Below, one piece after another: positions 48,397 to 57,481 of a stretch of 64,000 nucleotides of DNA. Each line of letters opens with the position of its first letter. Positions within the stretch are counted from its first letter, which is position 1. The notes under the pieces were generated by a model that was given only the letters and a program-made list of their open reading frames with translations, was not told where the DNA came from and did no database searches. Source of the DNA: Candidatus Bathyarchaeota archaeon (lineage in GTDB: Archaea > Thermoproteota > Bathyarchaeia > Bathyarchaeales > Bathycorpusculaceae); NCBI GenBank assembly GCA_963833575.1, contig CAWHXY010000004.1, positions 832,001 through 896,000 of the forward strand, written 5' to 3'. The position numbers and the translations under genes are program-made.

Positions 48397-51063
48397 ATGG
48401 GCATCGAGAAACTTGAGAATTTATTCAATCCTAAACGAATAGCAGTTATCGGTGCAAGCGACAGAGAAGGTTCCATAGGCGCGAAAATTTTAGGAAATCT
48501 AATTGGAGTCGGTTATAAAGGCGCGGTTTTCCCCGTAAATGCATTTAGAGACACTGTACACGGAATAACCGCTTATCCAAGCATTTGCAAAATCCATCGT
48601 TTAATCGATCTAGCGATAATTGCCGTTCCAGCCCATACTGTGCCACAGATCGTTGAAGAATGTGGTGAAGCTGGCGTTTCTGGAATCATAATCTGCTCCG
48701 CCGGTTTTAGAGAAGTTGGTGAAGAAGGCGTTCTACTCGAAAGGAAAATCCTTGAAAGCCAAAAGAAATACGGAATGCGGATTATTGGTCCCAACAGTTT
48801 CGGAATCATCAGACCCAAAGCAAATCTTTATGCTACATTTGCAGATGAAAAAGCAGTTTCTGGAAAAATCGCTTTCATATCCCAAAGTGGGGCTTTGTGT
48901 GCTTCGGCGCTTGATTGGGCGTCTGAAGCTCAAGTTGGATTCAGCGCCGTTGTGTCTACCGGTTCAATGCTTGATGTTGATTTAGGTGACTTAATAGATT
49001 ATTTTGGAGCTGATGCTCAAACTAAAAGTATTGTTTTGTATGTTGAGTCAATTAAGAACGCCAGGAAATTTATGAGTGCTGCACGTGGCTTTGCCAGAAC
49101 CAAACCTATTGTGGTTGTTAAAGCTGGACGTTTTCAGGAGAGTGTCATTCCAACCCTGTCTCATAGTGGTTCTTTAGGCGGGGAAGATGCAGTTTATGAC
49201 TCAGCTTTTAGACGTGCCGGAGTAGTCAGAGTCGAAAGCATGATTGATCTGTTTAATTGTGCCGAAGCATTAGCTATGCAGCCAAATCCTACAGGACCTA
49301 ATTTGACCATTATTACCAATGCAGGAGGCCCAGGTATTATGGCTACTGACCAGCTTATCGACAAAGGTGGAAAGCTATCGCCGCTAAGTCAGGAAACTAT
49401 ACAATCTTTAAAAAATATACTGCCTTCCTACTGTAACACAACAAATCCAATTGATATTTTTGAGGAAGCAACGGCGGCAAGGTTCAAGGATGTTATGAAC
49501 GTTTGTTTGAAAGATCCAAACAGTAATGGTTTTCTTTTGATCTATGCTCCTCAAGCAGCATCAGATCCGTCGGCCTTAGCGAATGCAGTTGTAGAATTGT
49601 CGCACCAAACGCAAAAGCCAATACTCACCTGTTTAATGGGCCAAGACTCGAGATGTGGTGAAGCTCGTAGGTTTCTTCAAAAAAGCGGTATTCCAAATTT
49701 TCCGACTCCTGAACAAGCTGTGTCAACTTTCATGTATATGTACCGTTACACCCAAGATTTGGAACTTCTTTATCAAACACCTGAAGAGATTTCTGAAGAG
49801 CCAGCAAATTCAAAAGTACTAAAATCCATTTTAAAGCAAGCTTATCAACAAGGGCACCAGGTCCTTGGGTTAGTTGACTCTCTCAGATTTTTAGAAGCCT
49901 ACAAAATACCCGCCATCAAGACTTTGGTAGCGAAAACCTCAGATGAAGCTGAAGTTTTAGCTTCTAAAATGGGGTTTCCTGTAGTAATGAAAGTCTTGTC
50001 TCCGCAGGTTACTCATAAATCCAGAATCGCAGGGGTTATCCTCAACATATGCTCTAATGAGGCCGTTCATAATTGCTTTGATGAATTATCTGAAAAAGTG
50101 AAGCAACTAAGTAATAGCACTGAATTTGAAGGCGTTGCAATACAGCCTATGATCTGCAAAAAAAGTTACGAATTGTTAATCGGATCCAAAAAAGATCTTC
50201 AATTCGGTTCTGTCGTAATTTTTGGTAGGGGTGGAACAGATGCCGAGTTACTTAAGGACGTTAGTATAGGTTTCCCACCTTTGAATCAGGTGCTTGCAAG
50301 AAGACTAATTGAGGATACTAATGTCTACAAGTATGCGGCGTTGTCAGATTTTCCATTAAACGTTAAAGCAATTGAAGAAACCTTGGTGAAGTTTTCTCAG
50401 CTAATTATTGATTTTCCAGAAGTCAAAGAAATAGACATAAACCCTTTGATTGTGGATAAAAATAGCGTTGTTGCGGTAGATGCACGCATCGTTATGGATA
50501 TGGATCGTATAACTCAACGAGTTAGGTCTTATGAACATCTTGTCATCGCTCCTTATCCAAGTAAGTATAAATCTAGTTGGAAAGCCAAAAATGGAGTGGT
50601 ACTTCAGTTGCGGGCAATAAAACCTGAAGATGAAGATAGATTCAATGAACTTTTCAAATCTCTTTCTCCACAAACAATGCATTTCCGCTTCTTTGAGATA
50701 ATAAAAGAGCTTTCTCATGAAACATTGACACGATACTGTAATTTAGATTATGATAGAGAAATTGCTGTAGTAGCCGAAATTCCAGAGAGCAGACAAATCA
50801 TTGGCGTAGCCCGATTAATAGTAGATGCCACTGGAAAAAGCGGCGAATACGCTGTCTTAATTGGAGACGACTGGCAAGGCTTTGGGGTAGGTGGCAAACT
50901 GATGGATTATCTAATAAAAATAGCTAAGGACAAGAATTTAGAGAAAATTTATGGTTACGTCATGGCGGATAACACTAAAATGGTAAACCTTTGCAATAGA
51001 CTTGGATTCGTAACTGGAACTCTTGATTCTGAGACCTTAATTACATCCTTAATTATATCGTAA
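48397..51063 (+). CDS. ADP-forming acyl-CoA synthetase-like alpha+beta fusion with C-terminal GNAT domain (Pat-type)
   Basis: IAVIGAS, GPNSFG, SQSGA, SHSGSL, TNAGGPG, HKS..GV.L, EIDINPL, VDAR; GNAT motif WQGFGVG. Confidence 0.9.
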   Translation: MGIEKLENLFNPKRIAVIGASDREGSIGAKILGNLIGVGYKGAVFPVNAFRDTVHGITAYPSICKIHRLIDLAIIAVPAHTVPQIVEECGEAGVSGIIICSAGFREVGEEGVLLERKILESQKKYGMRIIGPNSFGIIRPKANLYATFADEKAVSGKIAFISQSGALCASALDWASEAQVGFSAVVSTGSMLDVDLGDLIDYFGADAQTKSIVLYVESIKNARKFMSAARGFARTKPIVVVKAGRFQESVIPTLSHSGSLGGEDAVYDSAFRRAGVVRVESMIDLFNCAEALAMQPNPTGPNLTIITNAGGPGIMATDQLIDKGGKLSPLSQETIQSLKNILPSYCNTTNPIDIFEEATAARFKDVMNVCLKDPNSNGFLLIYAPQAASDPSALANAVVELSHQTQKPILTCLMGQDSRCGEARRFLQKSGIPNFPTPEQAVSTFMYMYRYTQDLELLYQTPEEISEEPANSKVLKSILKQAYQQGHQVLGLVDSLRFLEAYKIPAIKTLVAKTSDEAEVLASKMGFPVVMKVLSPQVTHKSRIAGVILNICSNEAVHNCFDELSEKVKQLSNSTEFEGVAIQPMICKKSYELLIGSKKDLQFGSVVIFGRGGTDAELLKDVSIGFPPLNQVLARRLIEDTNVYKYAALSDFPLNVKAIEETLVKFSQLIIDFPEVKEIDINPLIVDKNSVVAVDARIVMDMDRITQRVRSYEHLVIAPYPSKYKSSWKAKNGVVLQLRAIKPEDEDRFNELFKSLSPQTMHFRFFEIIKELSHETLTRYCNLDYDREIAVVAEIPESRQIIGVARLIVDATGKSGEYAVLIGDDWQGFGVGGKLMDYLIKIAKDKNLEKIYGYVMADNTKMVNLCNRLGFVTGTLDSETLITSLIIS

Positions 51064-51119
51064 ACGACATCTTTTTAAACACAACTTGCGATTACTTTTG
51101 TTTTAGGAGCGAACCATGT

Positions 51120-51404
51120 ATGGATTACCCTAAATTAGTTGAACTTGTTCCATCCGAAAAGTTAGGACCTTTGTCGGATCAACTTCTTAACTTTATTTTA
51201 ACCACAAAAAATGAAGGAAAAATGCCGACCAAAGTGGCCAATTGTATGCTGAGCGCAATGCAGATGGGTGCAATCAAAAACAAAACCGGTGTATCTGTTC
51301 TGTTAGAAGCGGCGTTATTGCTTGAGCCAGAAAAAACCCTGACTGCGCTAAATGAAATGCAAATGGCGACATTGGTTGACGAGATAAGGAAAGGAGGCAT
51401 GTAA
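51120..51404 (+). CDS. Small hypothetical protein upstream of mer
   Basis: 94-aa ORF with GGAG RBS, ending 1 bp before the mer start. Confidence 0.65.
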   Translation: MDYPKLVELVPSEKLGPLSDQLLNFILTTKNEGKMPTKVANCMLSAMQMGAIKNKTGVSVLLEAALLLEPEKTLTALNEMQMATLVDEIRKGGM

Positions 51405-51405
51405 T

Positions 51406-52401
51406 TTGGCGCTCAAGTTCGGAATCGAATTCGTTCCAAAAGACCCCTACTGGAAACTAGCAGCCTACGCTATACAAGCAGAAAACAGCGGTTTTGATAA
51501 CCTCTGGATAACAGACCACTATGGCAACCGTAATGTCTACGTGACCCTTGCAGCCGCAGCCATATATACAAACAAAATTGTCTTCGGCACAGGCGTAACC
51601 AACCCATGGATGGTTAACCCAGTCATAACCGCACAAGCCATCGCAACACTAGACGAGCTAGCGCCGGGAAGAGTTGTGCTCGGCATGGGTGCAGGAGACA
51701 AAACCACTCTTGAAGCAGTTGGCATAGATATGGGCAAACCCTTAGCGGCAGTAAAAGAAGCAATAGACATGTTCCGCAAACTAACAAACGGCGAAAAAGT
51801 AGCTTTCCAAGGCGAAGTCTTCAAAGCTGCCGGCGCCAAATTCAACTTTAAACCAGCACACAAGATTCCCGTTTACATCGGCGCTCAAGGGCCAAAAATG
51901 TTAGAGCTAGCCGGAAAAATCGGTGATGGTGTCCTCATCAACGCAAGTCACCCAAGCGATATAGAATTCGCTGTTAAAATGGCAAATGAAGGCATAAAAC
52001 AAGCAGGCAAATCACCAAGCGATGTTGACATAACAGCTTACACATCATTCTCAGTTAACGAAGATCCGAAAAAAGCAGTAAAAGCTGCAACGCCAGTCGT
52101 AGCTTTCATAGTCGCAGGCAGTCCACCGCCAGTACTTGAAAAACACAAAATTGATGTTGCCAAAGCAGACGAAATACGCGCAGGTCTCAAAGCAGGAGAT
52201 TTTCCCAAGGCATTAGCAGCTGTAACACCGGAAATGCTTGACGCCTTCTCAATATGTGGTACACCCGACATGTGCATTGAAAAAATCGCAGCACTACAAA
52301 AAATCGGCATAGGTCAATTCGTCGTAGGATCTCCAATCGGCACTAACGTCAAGAACTCAATTGACCTCATCGGCAGCAAAATCATCCCCCACTTTAAATA
52401 A
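51406..52401 (+). CDS. mer: F420-dependent methylene-H4MPT reductase
   Basis: FGIEFVP, WITDHY.NR, GVTNP, G.GAGD, YIGAQGPKML, DGVLINASHP, FVVGSPIG. Confidence 0.93.
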   Translation: MALKFGIEFVPKDPYWKLAAYAIQAENSGFDNLWITDHYGNRNVYVTLAAAAIYTNKIVFGTGVTNPWMVNPVITAQAIATLDELAPGRVVLGMGAGDKTTLEAVGIDMGKPLAAVKEAIDMFRKLTNGEKVAFQGEVFKAAGAKFNFKPAHKIPVYIGAQGPKMLELAGKIGDGVLINASHPSDIEFAVKMANEGIKQAGKSPSDVDITAYTSFSVNEDPKKAVKAATPVVAFIVAGSPPPVLEKHKIDVAKADEIRAGLKAGDFPKALAAVTPEMLDAFSICGTPDMCIEKIAALQKIGIGQFVVGSPIGTNVKNSIDLIGSKIIPHFK

Positions 52402-52508
52402 ACAAGCATTGCCCTTAGGGGCATCTAAATATTTTTAGGCAACCAAACCAAACAAACTAAGAACATAGCAGTAGCGTTCAACAATGTCGCTAAAGGAGTT
52501 CCTTCACA

Positions 52509-53147
52509 ATGGTTGTTTACGCGATAGTTCCAGTAAAAAAAATTGGCGTTTCCAAAAGACGTCTCTCTCAAAGCCTCAGCCTGCACGAACGCAAATCTTT
52601 AACCGTAGCCATGCTGGAGGACGTTTTAAAAGCACTACAAACATCGGTTGTCAACAAGGTTTTGGTCGTTAGCAACGACCCCAAGGTTCGCCCCATAGCC
52701 GAACGGTTTGGCGCCGACTTTTTTTCTCCGTTTCGCAAGGGCCTGAACTCCGCTATTGAAGAAGCGTGGGCTTGGTGTATAAGAAATAAAGCTGATTCAG
52801 TTTTGGTTTTGCCCGCTGACATTCCACTATTGGCCTCAAAGGATATTGATTGCATAGTCCAATTAGGTTCAGGTAACCGCCATGTGGTTTTAGCTCCATC
52901 CAAAGATTGGGGCACCAACGCTTTTTACCAGTGCCCACCACATATTGTTCACGCAAATTTTGGAAACGACAGCTTCATAAAACACACAAAAGAAGCGCAT
53001 AGCAAAGGGGCTTGCGTCAAATATTACTATTCACAGGGGGTCGGTTTGGATGTTGATTCTACCGATGATCTCCAAGTTTTGCTTAAGGTTAAGAATGAAA
53101 CGTTAAGTAGACAAGTTTTGCAGGGTTTCAAAATAACAAAAAGTTGA
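52509..53147 (+). CDS. cofC: 2-phospho-L-lactate/PEP guanylyltransferase
   Basis: IVPVK....KRRL, AMLEDV, GLN, PADIP, GTNA, DVD..DDL. Confidence 0.92.
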   Translation: MVVYAIVPVKKIGVSKRRLSQSLSLHERKSLTVAMLEDVLKALQTSVVNKVLVVSNDPKVRPIAERFGADFFSPFRKGLNSAIEEAWAWCIRNKADSVLVLPADIPLLASKDIDCIVQLGSGNRHVVLAPSKDWGTNAFYQCPPHIVHANFGNDSFIKHTKEAHSKGACVKYYYSQGVGLDVDSTDDLQVLLKVKNETLSRQVLQGFKITKS

Positions 53148-53151
53148 AAGT

Positions 53152-53172
53152 AGTAGGCAAAAACTGCCTATT
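53152..53172. terminator. Hairpin between convergent cofC and fno
   Basis: TAGGCA-AAAAC-TGCCTA core. Confidence 0.4.
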
Positions 53173-53185
53173 CTTTCTGTCGAGT

Positions 53186-53857
53186 TTAAGCTGGTGGAAC
53201 ACCGACTAATTGGATGCCTGCGCCTTTGATCTTGTAGCGTATGTTTATAGCGATTAGGGCTGCTGTCATGGTTTCAACGACTACTGCGTTCTCGATTGCG
53301 CCTGCATCGTAGGCGTCTATGCCGATTTTCTTTATCATGCCTATAATCATGTCGCGTGTTTCTCTATTTGCGCCGACGACTAGAACGTTTGTTTCTATTT
53401 TCTCGTCAAATTTTTCTAGTTGCTCTGGGCTTATGTTCTGGAATGCATCAACTACTTTTGCTTCAGGACCTAGGAAATTTTGTATTTCCTGGGCGATTGA
53501 GCCTGCAGGGTTGATTCTTGCTCGGCTTTTCTTTTCAGCATCAAGTGATGAGGCTATGTTGATTATGATTTTTCCTGGTGTGACTGGTTTGATGTCTTCA
53601 AGTATGGGTTTCATTCCGTCGTATGGAATAGCGAGGAGTACAATGTCGGCTTTGGCTGTTGCGTCGCGATTGGTGGAGCCTTCAGCTGTAAGAACGTTGA
53701 ATTCGGTGTTGAGATTATAAGCCGCGTTTATGGCCTTTTCAGAAGAACGAGATCCGATAATTGTGCGAAAACCTGCTCTAGCAAATCTAGCGGCAATCGC
53801 AAATCCTTCTTTACCCGTTCCACCGATTATAGCTATTGAGGATTTATTTTGCGACAT
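53186..53857 (-). CDS. npdG: F420H2:NADP+ oxidoreductase (copy 1)
   Basis: IIGGTGKEG..A.R, IGSRS.EKA, GS.A, AFQNIS, DAG...NA..VE..T..LI.IN. Confidence 0.9.
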   Translation of the reverse strand: MSQNKSSIAIIGGTGKEGFAIAARFARAGFRTIIGSRSSEKAINAAYNLNTEFNVLTAEGSTNRDATAKADIVLLAIPYDGMKPILEDIKPVTPGKIIINIASSLDAEKKSRARINPAGSIAQEIQNFLGPEAKVVDAFQNISPEQLEKFDEKIETNVLVVGANRETRDMIIGMIKKIGIDAYDAGAIENAVVVETMTAALIAINIRYKIKGAGIQLVGVPPA

Positions 53858-53890
53858 TTTTAATCATCCTATATGTTTATATTTTAGACT

Positions 53891-53907
53891 TTGCTTTCAC
53901 AAAGCAA
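53891..53907. promoter_or_regulatory. Perfect palindrome abutting the TATA box of fno copy 1
   Basis: TTGCTTT-CAC-AAAGCAA followed by TATATAAA, which reads TTTATATA on the minus strand. Confidence 0.55.
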
Positions 53908-54009
53908 TATATAAATGTTTCTGACCTGTAGTATGTTTTTGCACAGTTCTTTCATTCAAATGCACAGTTGACCGATTATATGTTACTATCGAGCGCGGTT
54001 AGAGCCCTC

Positions 54010-54345
54010 CTACGTGTATGCTTTTTTTGTTTGTTGTGTGATTATTTCTCTTATTAATCGGCACAGATGAATTATTTTTGGGCTAGCAATCTGATAATAA
54101 ACTACTGCTCCGTCTCTCCTGACCGTTATGATTTTTTGTTGCCTCATGAGAGCTAAATGCTGCGAGAGATTGCTATGACTTACACTGACTATTTCCATTA
54201 GGTCCGTCATAGTTTTTTCACCTCCTTCCAGAAAATGTAGAATCATAAGACGTGTTGGGTGCGCCATGTTTCTTAGCAACTGAGCTTGCATTTCGCAGAG
54301 CATGATGTTAGATTTGATTGCCGCTTGCCTCTGCTCTTTCTCCAT
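54010..54345 (-). CDS. ArsR/SmtB-family transcriptional regulator
   Basis: MAHPTRL.IL..L, NLSQHLA.MR, RRDG..VYY. ATG start chosen at 54345. Confidence 0.92.
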   Translation of the reverse strand: MEKEQRQAAIKSNIMLCEMQAQLLRNMAHPTRLMILHFLEGGEKTMTDLMEIVSVSHSNLSQHLALMRQQKIITVRRDGAVVYYQIASPKIIHLCRLIREIITQQTKKAYT

Positions 54346-54474
54346 ATTCTCCTGCTCCTCCACCTTAAGACAATTTACAAGCAAGTGTATAGATTAAGTT
54401 GCAATATAACAACATTAACACGGGTTCATATGATTTCCTCCAATTTAACTAATATAGAATAAGTAGTAAGAGAG

Positions 54475-54504
54475 CTAGCTATGCTTGTACTAGCTGTGCT
54501 TGTA
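54475..54504. repeat. Tandem 15-bp direct repeat
   Basis: CTAGCTATGCTTGTA CTAGCTGTGCTTGTA (14/15 identical). Confidence 0.6.
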
Positions 54505-54821
54505 TCTGTTATGAAGTAAAGAGTGTAGACGCCTTTCCTATTGGCAGCCCTTGCTTGGGACAATGAAAAGCCAATTTGAAAACTACTCCATTTTGGTTGT
54601 GCGCGCTGGCTGTCCAAAATTAAAATATCTTATAACTATAAATGCGGTCGGCATTTGAAGAATGAATTAGCACAAGGAAGTTGAATCCCTCGCCTTTCTG
54701 ATCAGAATAAAACTTAGCGCCATGTATGCGGTTCTCTCTTCAGGCATTTGAGATAGCGATACGATTACAAATTTTATATCACTATGTTTGCTCCTTTCTC
54801 GATTAGACGTTGTGATATTTT

Positions 54822-55007
54822 ATGGCTGCCAAACCAGATTCTATTGACTTGTTAAACCAAACGGTAGAACGCGAGTTCCACGTAGCAGTACAGTATTTCC
54901 TTCAGCACGATAAAATCGAGAAAGTCCGTTTTTTTATGTATTTTATTCAAAAAGAATCATTTTTTTCTGCAAGTTCCATTGTTAAAATGCCCGTTAGCAA
55001 GGTTTAG
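54822..55007 (+). pseudogene. N-terminal fragment of a ferritin/bacterioferritin-like gene
   Basis: DLLNQTVEREFHVAVQYFLQH resembles ferritin-like helix A (LN..L..E.....QY..H). Similarity is lost after about 35 aa. Confidence 0.5.
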
Positions 55008-55077
55008 GAAAAATACTTAAAGCCGAAAGCACCCAATTAAATGCAAATATAACCGAACTCAGTGTTGAGGTTGATTT

Positions 55078-55530
55078 GTGTCAGTAGAGAAAATTGATAG
55101 AATCATCGATAAATATGCTGACCAAAAAGGTGTTTTGATTCAACTTTTATTAGATGTACAGAAAGAGTTCAATTGGATACCGAAAGAAGCCGTTATCAGA
55201 ATAAATCAGAGATTGAAAATTCCAGTAAGCGAAATCTACCGAGTTGCAAGCTTCTACACTTCATTAAGCCTCAAACCGCGAGGACGCCATCTAATACGCG
55301 TGTGCCTCGGTACCGCCTGCTACGTACGTGGAGGCCCAAGAATTCTTGATTCTGTAGAGCGATGTTTCACCGTAAAGCCTGGCGAAACCACAGCTGACGG
55401 TCGTTTCAGCTTAGAAACAGTAAGTTGTTTAGGTGCATGCGATTTGGGACCCGTTATTGAATTGGATGGAAAATATCATGGAAGGCTCACTCCGACAAAT
55501 CTCGGGGAGATTCTTTCCAAGTATAAATAG
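55078..55530 (+). CDS. NuoE/HydC-like [2Fe-2S] subunit
   Basis: VASFY, CLGTAC, CLGAC.LGP. Confidence 0.93.
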   Translation: MSVEKIDRIIDKYADQKGVLIQLLLDVQKEFNWIPKEAVIRINQRLKIPVSEIYRVASFYTSLSLKPRGRHLIRVCLGTACYVRGGPRILDSVERCFTVKPGETTADGRFSLETVSCLGACDLGPVIELDGKYHGRLTPTNLGEILSKYK

Positions 55531-55557
55531 GTAAAAAGAGCACGGAGGAAAAAAAAG

Positions 55558-57480
55558 ATGCCCTTCTTAACTTCCCCTGAGGATTTAGAACAGCTCCGAC
55601 GAGTTCTACTAGCCATAAGCGACTACAAAAAGCCCACAGTCATATTATGTGGAGCTACAGGTTGCGATACTCTTGGAGCAAAAGAAGTCGTTAAAGCTTT
55701 TAAAGAAGAATTTGAGAAACGAAACTTAGAAGGCAAAGTAGACATCAAAGAAACCGGCTGTTTGGGATCGTGTGAAAAAGGACCACGTGTCACCATACAG
55801 CCTGAAGAAATCGCTTATTTCCGTGTGAAAGCGTCTGATGTCGCTGAAATAGTTGAAAGGACCCTGCTTAACAAAGAAATAATTGAGCGGCTGCTCTACA
55901 TTGATCCGACCACGGGCGTGGTAGCTCGATATCTTTACGAAGTGCCTTTTTACAAATATCAAAATAGGCTTCTCCTAGACAGAAATGCAAAGCTTGACCC
56001 AAAAAACATAGAAGACTACATTAAATTAAACGGTTACCAAGCTTTAGCTAAAGCTCTATTTCATATGACCCCAGACCAAGTGATTGAAGAAATCAAAAAA
56101 TCTGGGCTCCGAGGACGAGGGGGAGGGGGATTCCCAACTTTTCAGAAGTGGGACTCAGCTCGCAAAGCAAATGGCACCCCCAAGTACGTAATCGTCAACG
56201 GCAACGAGAGCAACCCTGGAACGTTCATGAGCCGCATTTTAATGGAAGGAAACCCGAACGTTATCCTTGAAGGCCTAATAATTGGAGGGTACACAATCGG
56301 TGCACATGAAGGCTTTATCTACTTACGTCAAGACTACCCGCTTGCCTTAGAAAACATGCAAGCTGCCATCGATCAAGCAACGGCTTTTGGGCTGCTCGGA
56401 AAGAACATTCTCGGATCAGGCTTCGACTTTGAAGTTAAGATCTACCGAAGTGCAGGAGGCTTCGTTTCGGGAGAATCAACCGCCCTCATGAAGGCGATTG
56501 AAGGCAAAGCAGGTGAACCAAGGCCTAAGTACATACGTAGCTCAGAAAAGGGGCTTTGGGGTAAACCTACAGTTCTCAACAACGTAGAAACATGGGCAAA
56601 CATTCCATTAATTATCAACAACGGCGCAGAATGGTTCTCAGGAATAGGTTTAGCAGGAAACAAAGGTACCAAAATCTTTGTTTTGTCAGGAAACGCTATC
56701 AACACTGGATTGATTGAGGTTCCGCTAGGCGTAACCATGAGAGACATAGTCTTCAAAATTGGCGGCGGCATACGAAATGGAAAAAAGTTCAAAGCGGTTC
56801 AAATAGGTGGACCCGCAGGTGGCATGATTCCTGAGCAATACCTTGATGTCCCAATAGCCTTTGACGAACTCGAAAAATTGGGTGCCAAGATGGGTTCAGG
56901 TGGATTAATCGTAATGGATAATGAAACCTGTATGGTTGATGCAGCGCGTTACTTTGTTAACTTCCTCTCCAAAGAGTCCTGTGGCAAATGTGTACCCTGT
57001 AGAGAGGGTCTGCTACAGGCAAACGAAATACTTACTAGGATCGTGTCGGGAAAAGGTGAAGAAAAAGACATCGAGAAACTTCGGCAAATCGCCGAGACAT
57101 CTAGCCTTGCTTCTCTTTGTGCTTTGGGAGCGACATCTGCTAATCCAATGCTTACATCTCTTCGGTATTTTGCGTACGAATACGAAGAGCACATAAACGG
57201 GAAAAGATGCCCCGCGCTGTCTTGCAAGCCTCTGATAAACTTCTACATTGACCCATTGAAATGCATGGCCTGCACGCTCTGCTCAAGAAATTGCCCAGTG
57301 AAAGCCATCGATGGCGCGCCAGGCAAGATCCATATCATTGACCAAAATAAATGTGTTAAATGCGGTACTTGTTTTGACCAATGCAAGTTCAAAGCGGTTA
57401 CAAAGATATCTGGAGAACCCGTTCCTCCGCCAATTCCCGAGGAGCAAAGGATAAAAAAGCCAGTTGGACGGGCGAACTAA
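55558..57480 (+). CDS. NuoF/HydB-like FMN/NAD(P)H subunit with N-terminal [2Fe-2S] and C-terminal 2x[4Fe-4S]
   Basis: CGATGC/GCLGSC, GLRGRGGGGFP, NNVET, QIGGP.GG, ESCGKCVPCREG, SLCALG, HINGKRCPALSC, two CxxCxxCxxxC. Confidence 0.93.
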   Translation: MPFLTSPEDLEQLRRVLLAISDYKKPTVILCGATGCDTLGAKEVVKAFKEEFEKRNLEGKVDIKETGCLGSCEKGPRVTIQPEEIAYFRVKASDVAEIVERTLLNKEIIERLLYIDPTTGVVARYLYEVPFYKYQNRLLLDRNAKLDPKNIEDYIKLNGYQALAKALFHMTPDQVIEEIKKSGLRGRGGGGFPTFQKWDSARKANGTPKYVIVNGNESNPGTFMSRILMEGNPNVILEGLIIGGYTIGAHEGFIYLRQDYPLALENMQAAIDQATAFGLLGKNILGSGFDFEVKIYRSAGGFVSGESTALMKAIEGKAGEPRPKYIRSSEKGLWGKPTVLNNVETWANIPLIINNGAEWFSGIGLAGNKGTKIFVLSGNAINTGLIEVPLGVTMRDIVFKIGGGIRNGKKFKAVQIGGPAGGMIPEQYLDVPIAFDELEKLGAKMGSGGLIVMDNETCMVDAARYFVNFLSKESCGKCVPCREGLLQANEILTRIVSGKGEEKDIEKLRQIAETSSLASLCALGATSANPMLTSLRYFAYEYEEHINGKRCPALSCKPLINFYIDPLKCMACTLCSRNCPVKAIDGAPGKIHIIDQNKCVKCGTCFDQCKFKAVTKISGEPVPPPIPEEQRIKKPVGRAN

Positions 57481-57481
57481 A

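Noticed and set aside
51406-52401. Evidence of methanogenesis
   Set aside because: mer and F420 genes also serve the archaeal Wood-Ljungdahl pathway; there is no mcr or mtr in the window.
54426-54617. 63-aa ORF upstream of arsR
   Set aside because: No family motif; its TSTAS/TSIAS repeat simply reflects the 15-bp DNA tandem repeat.
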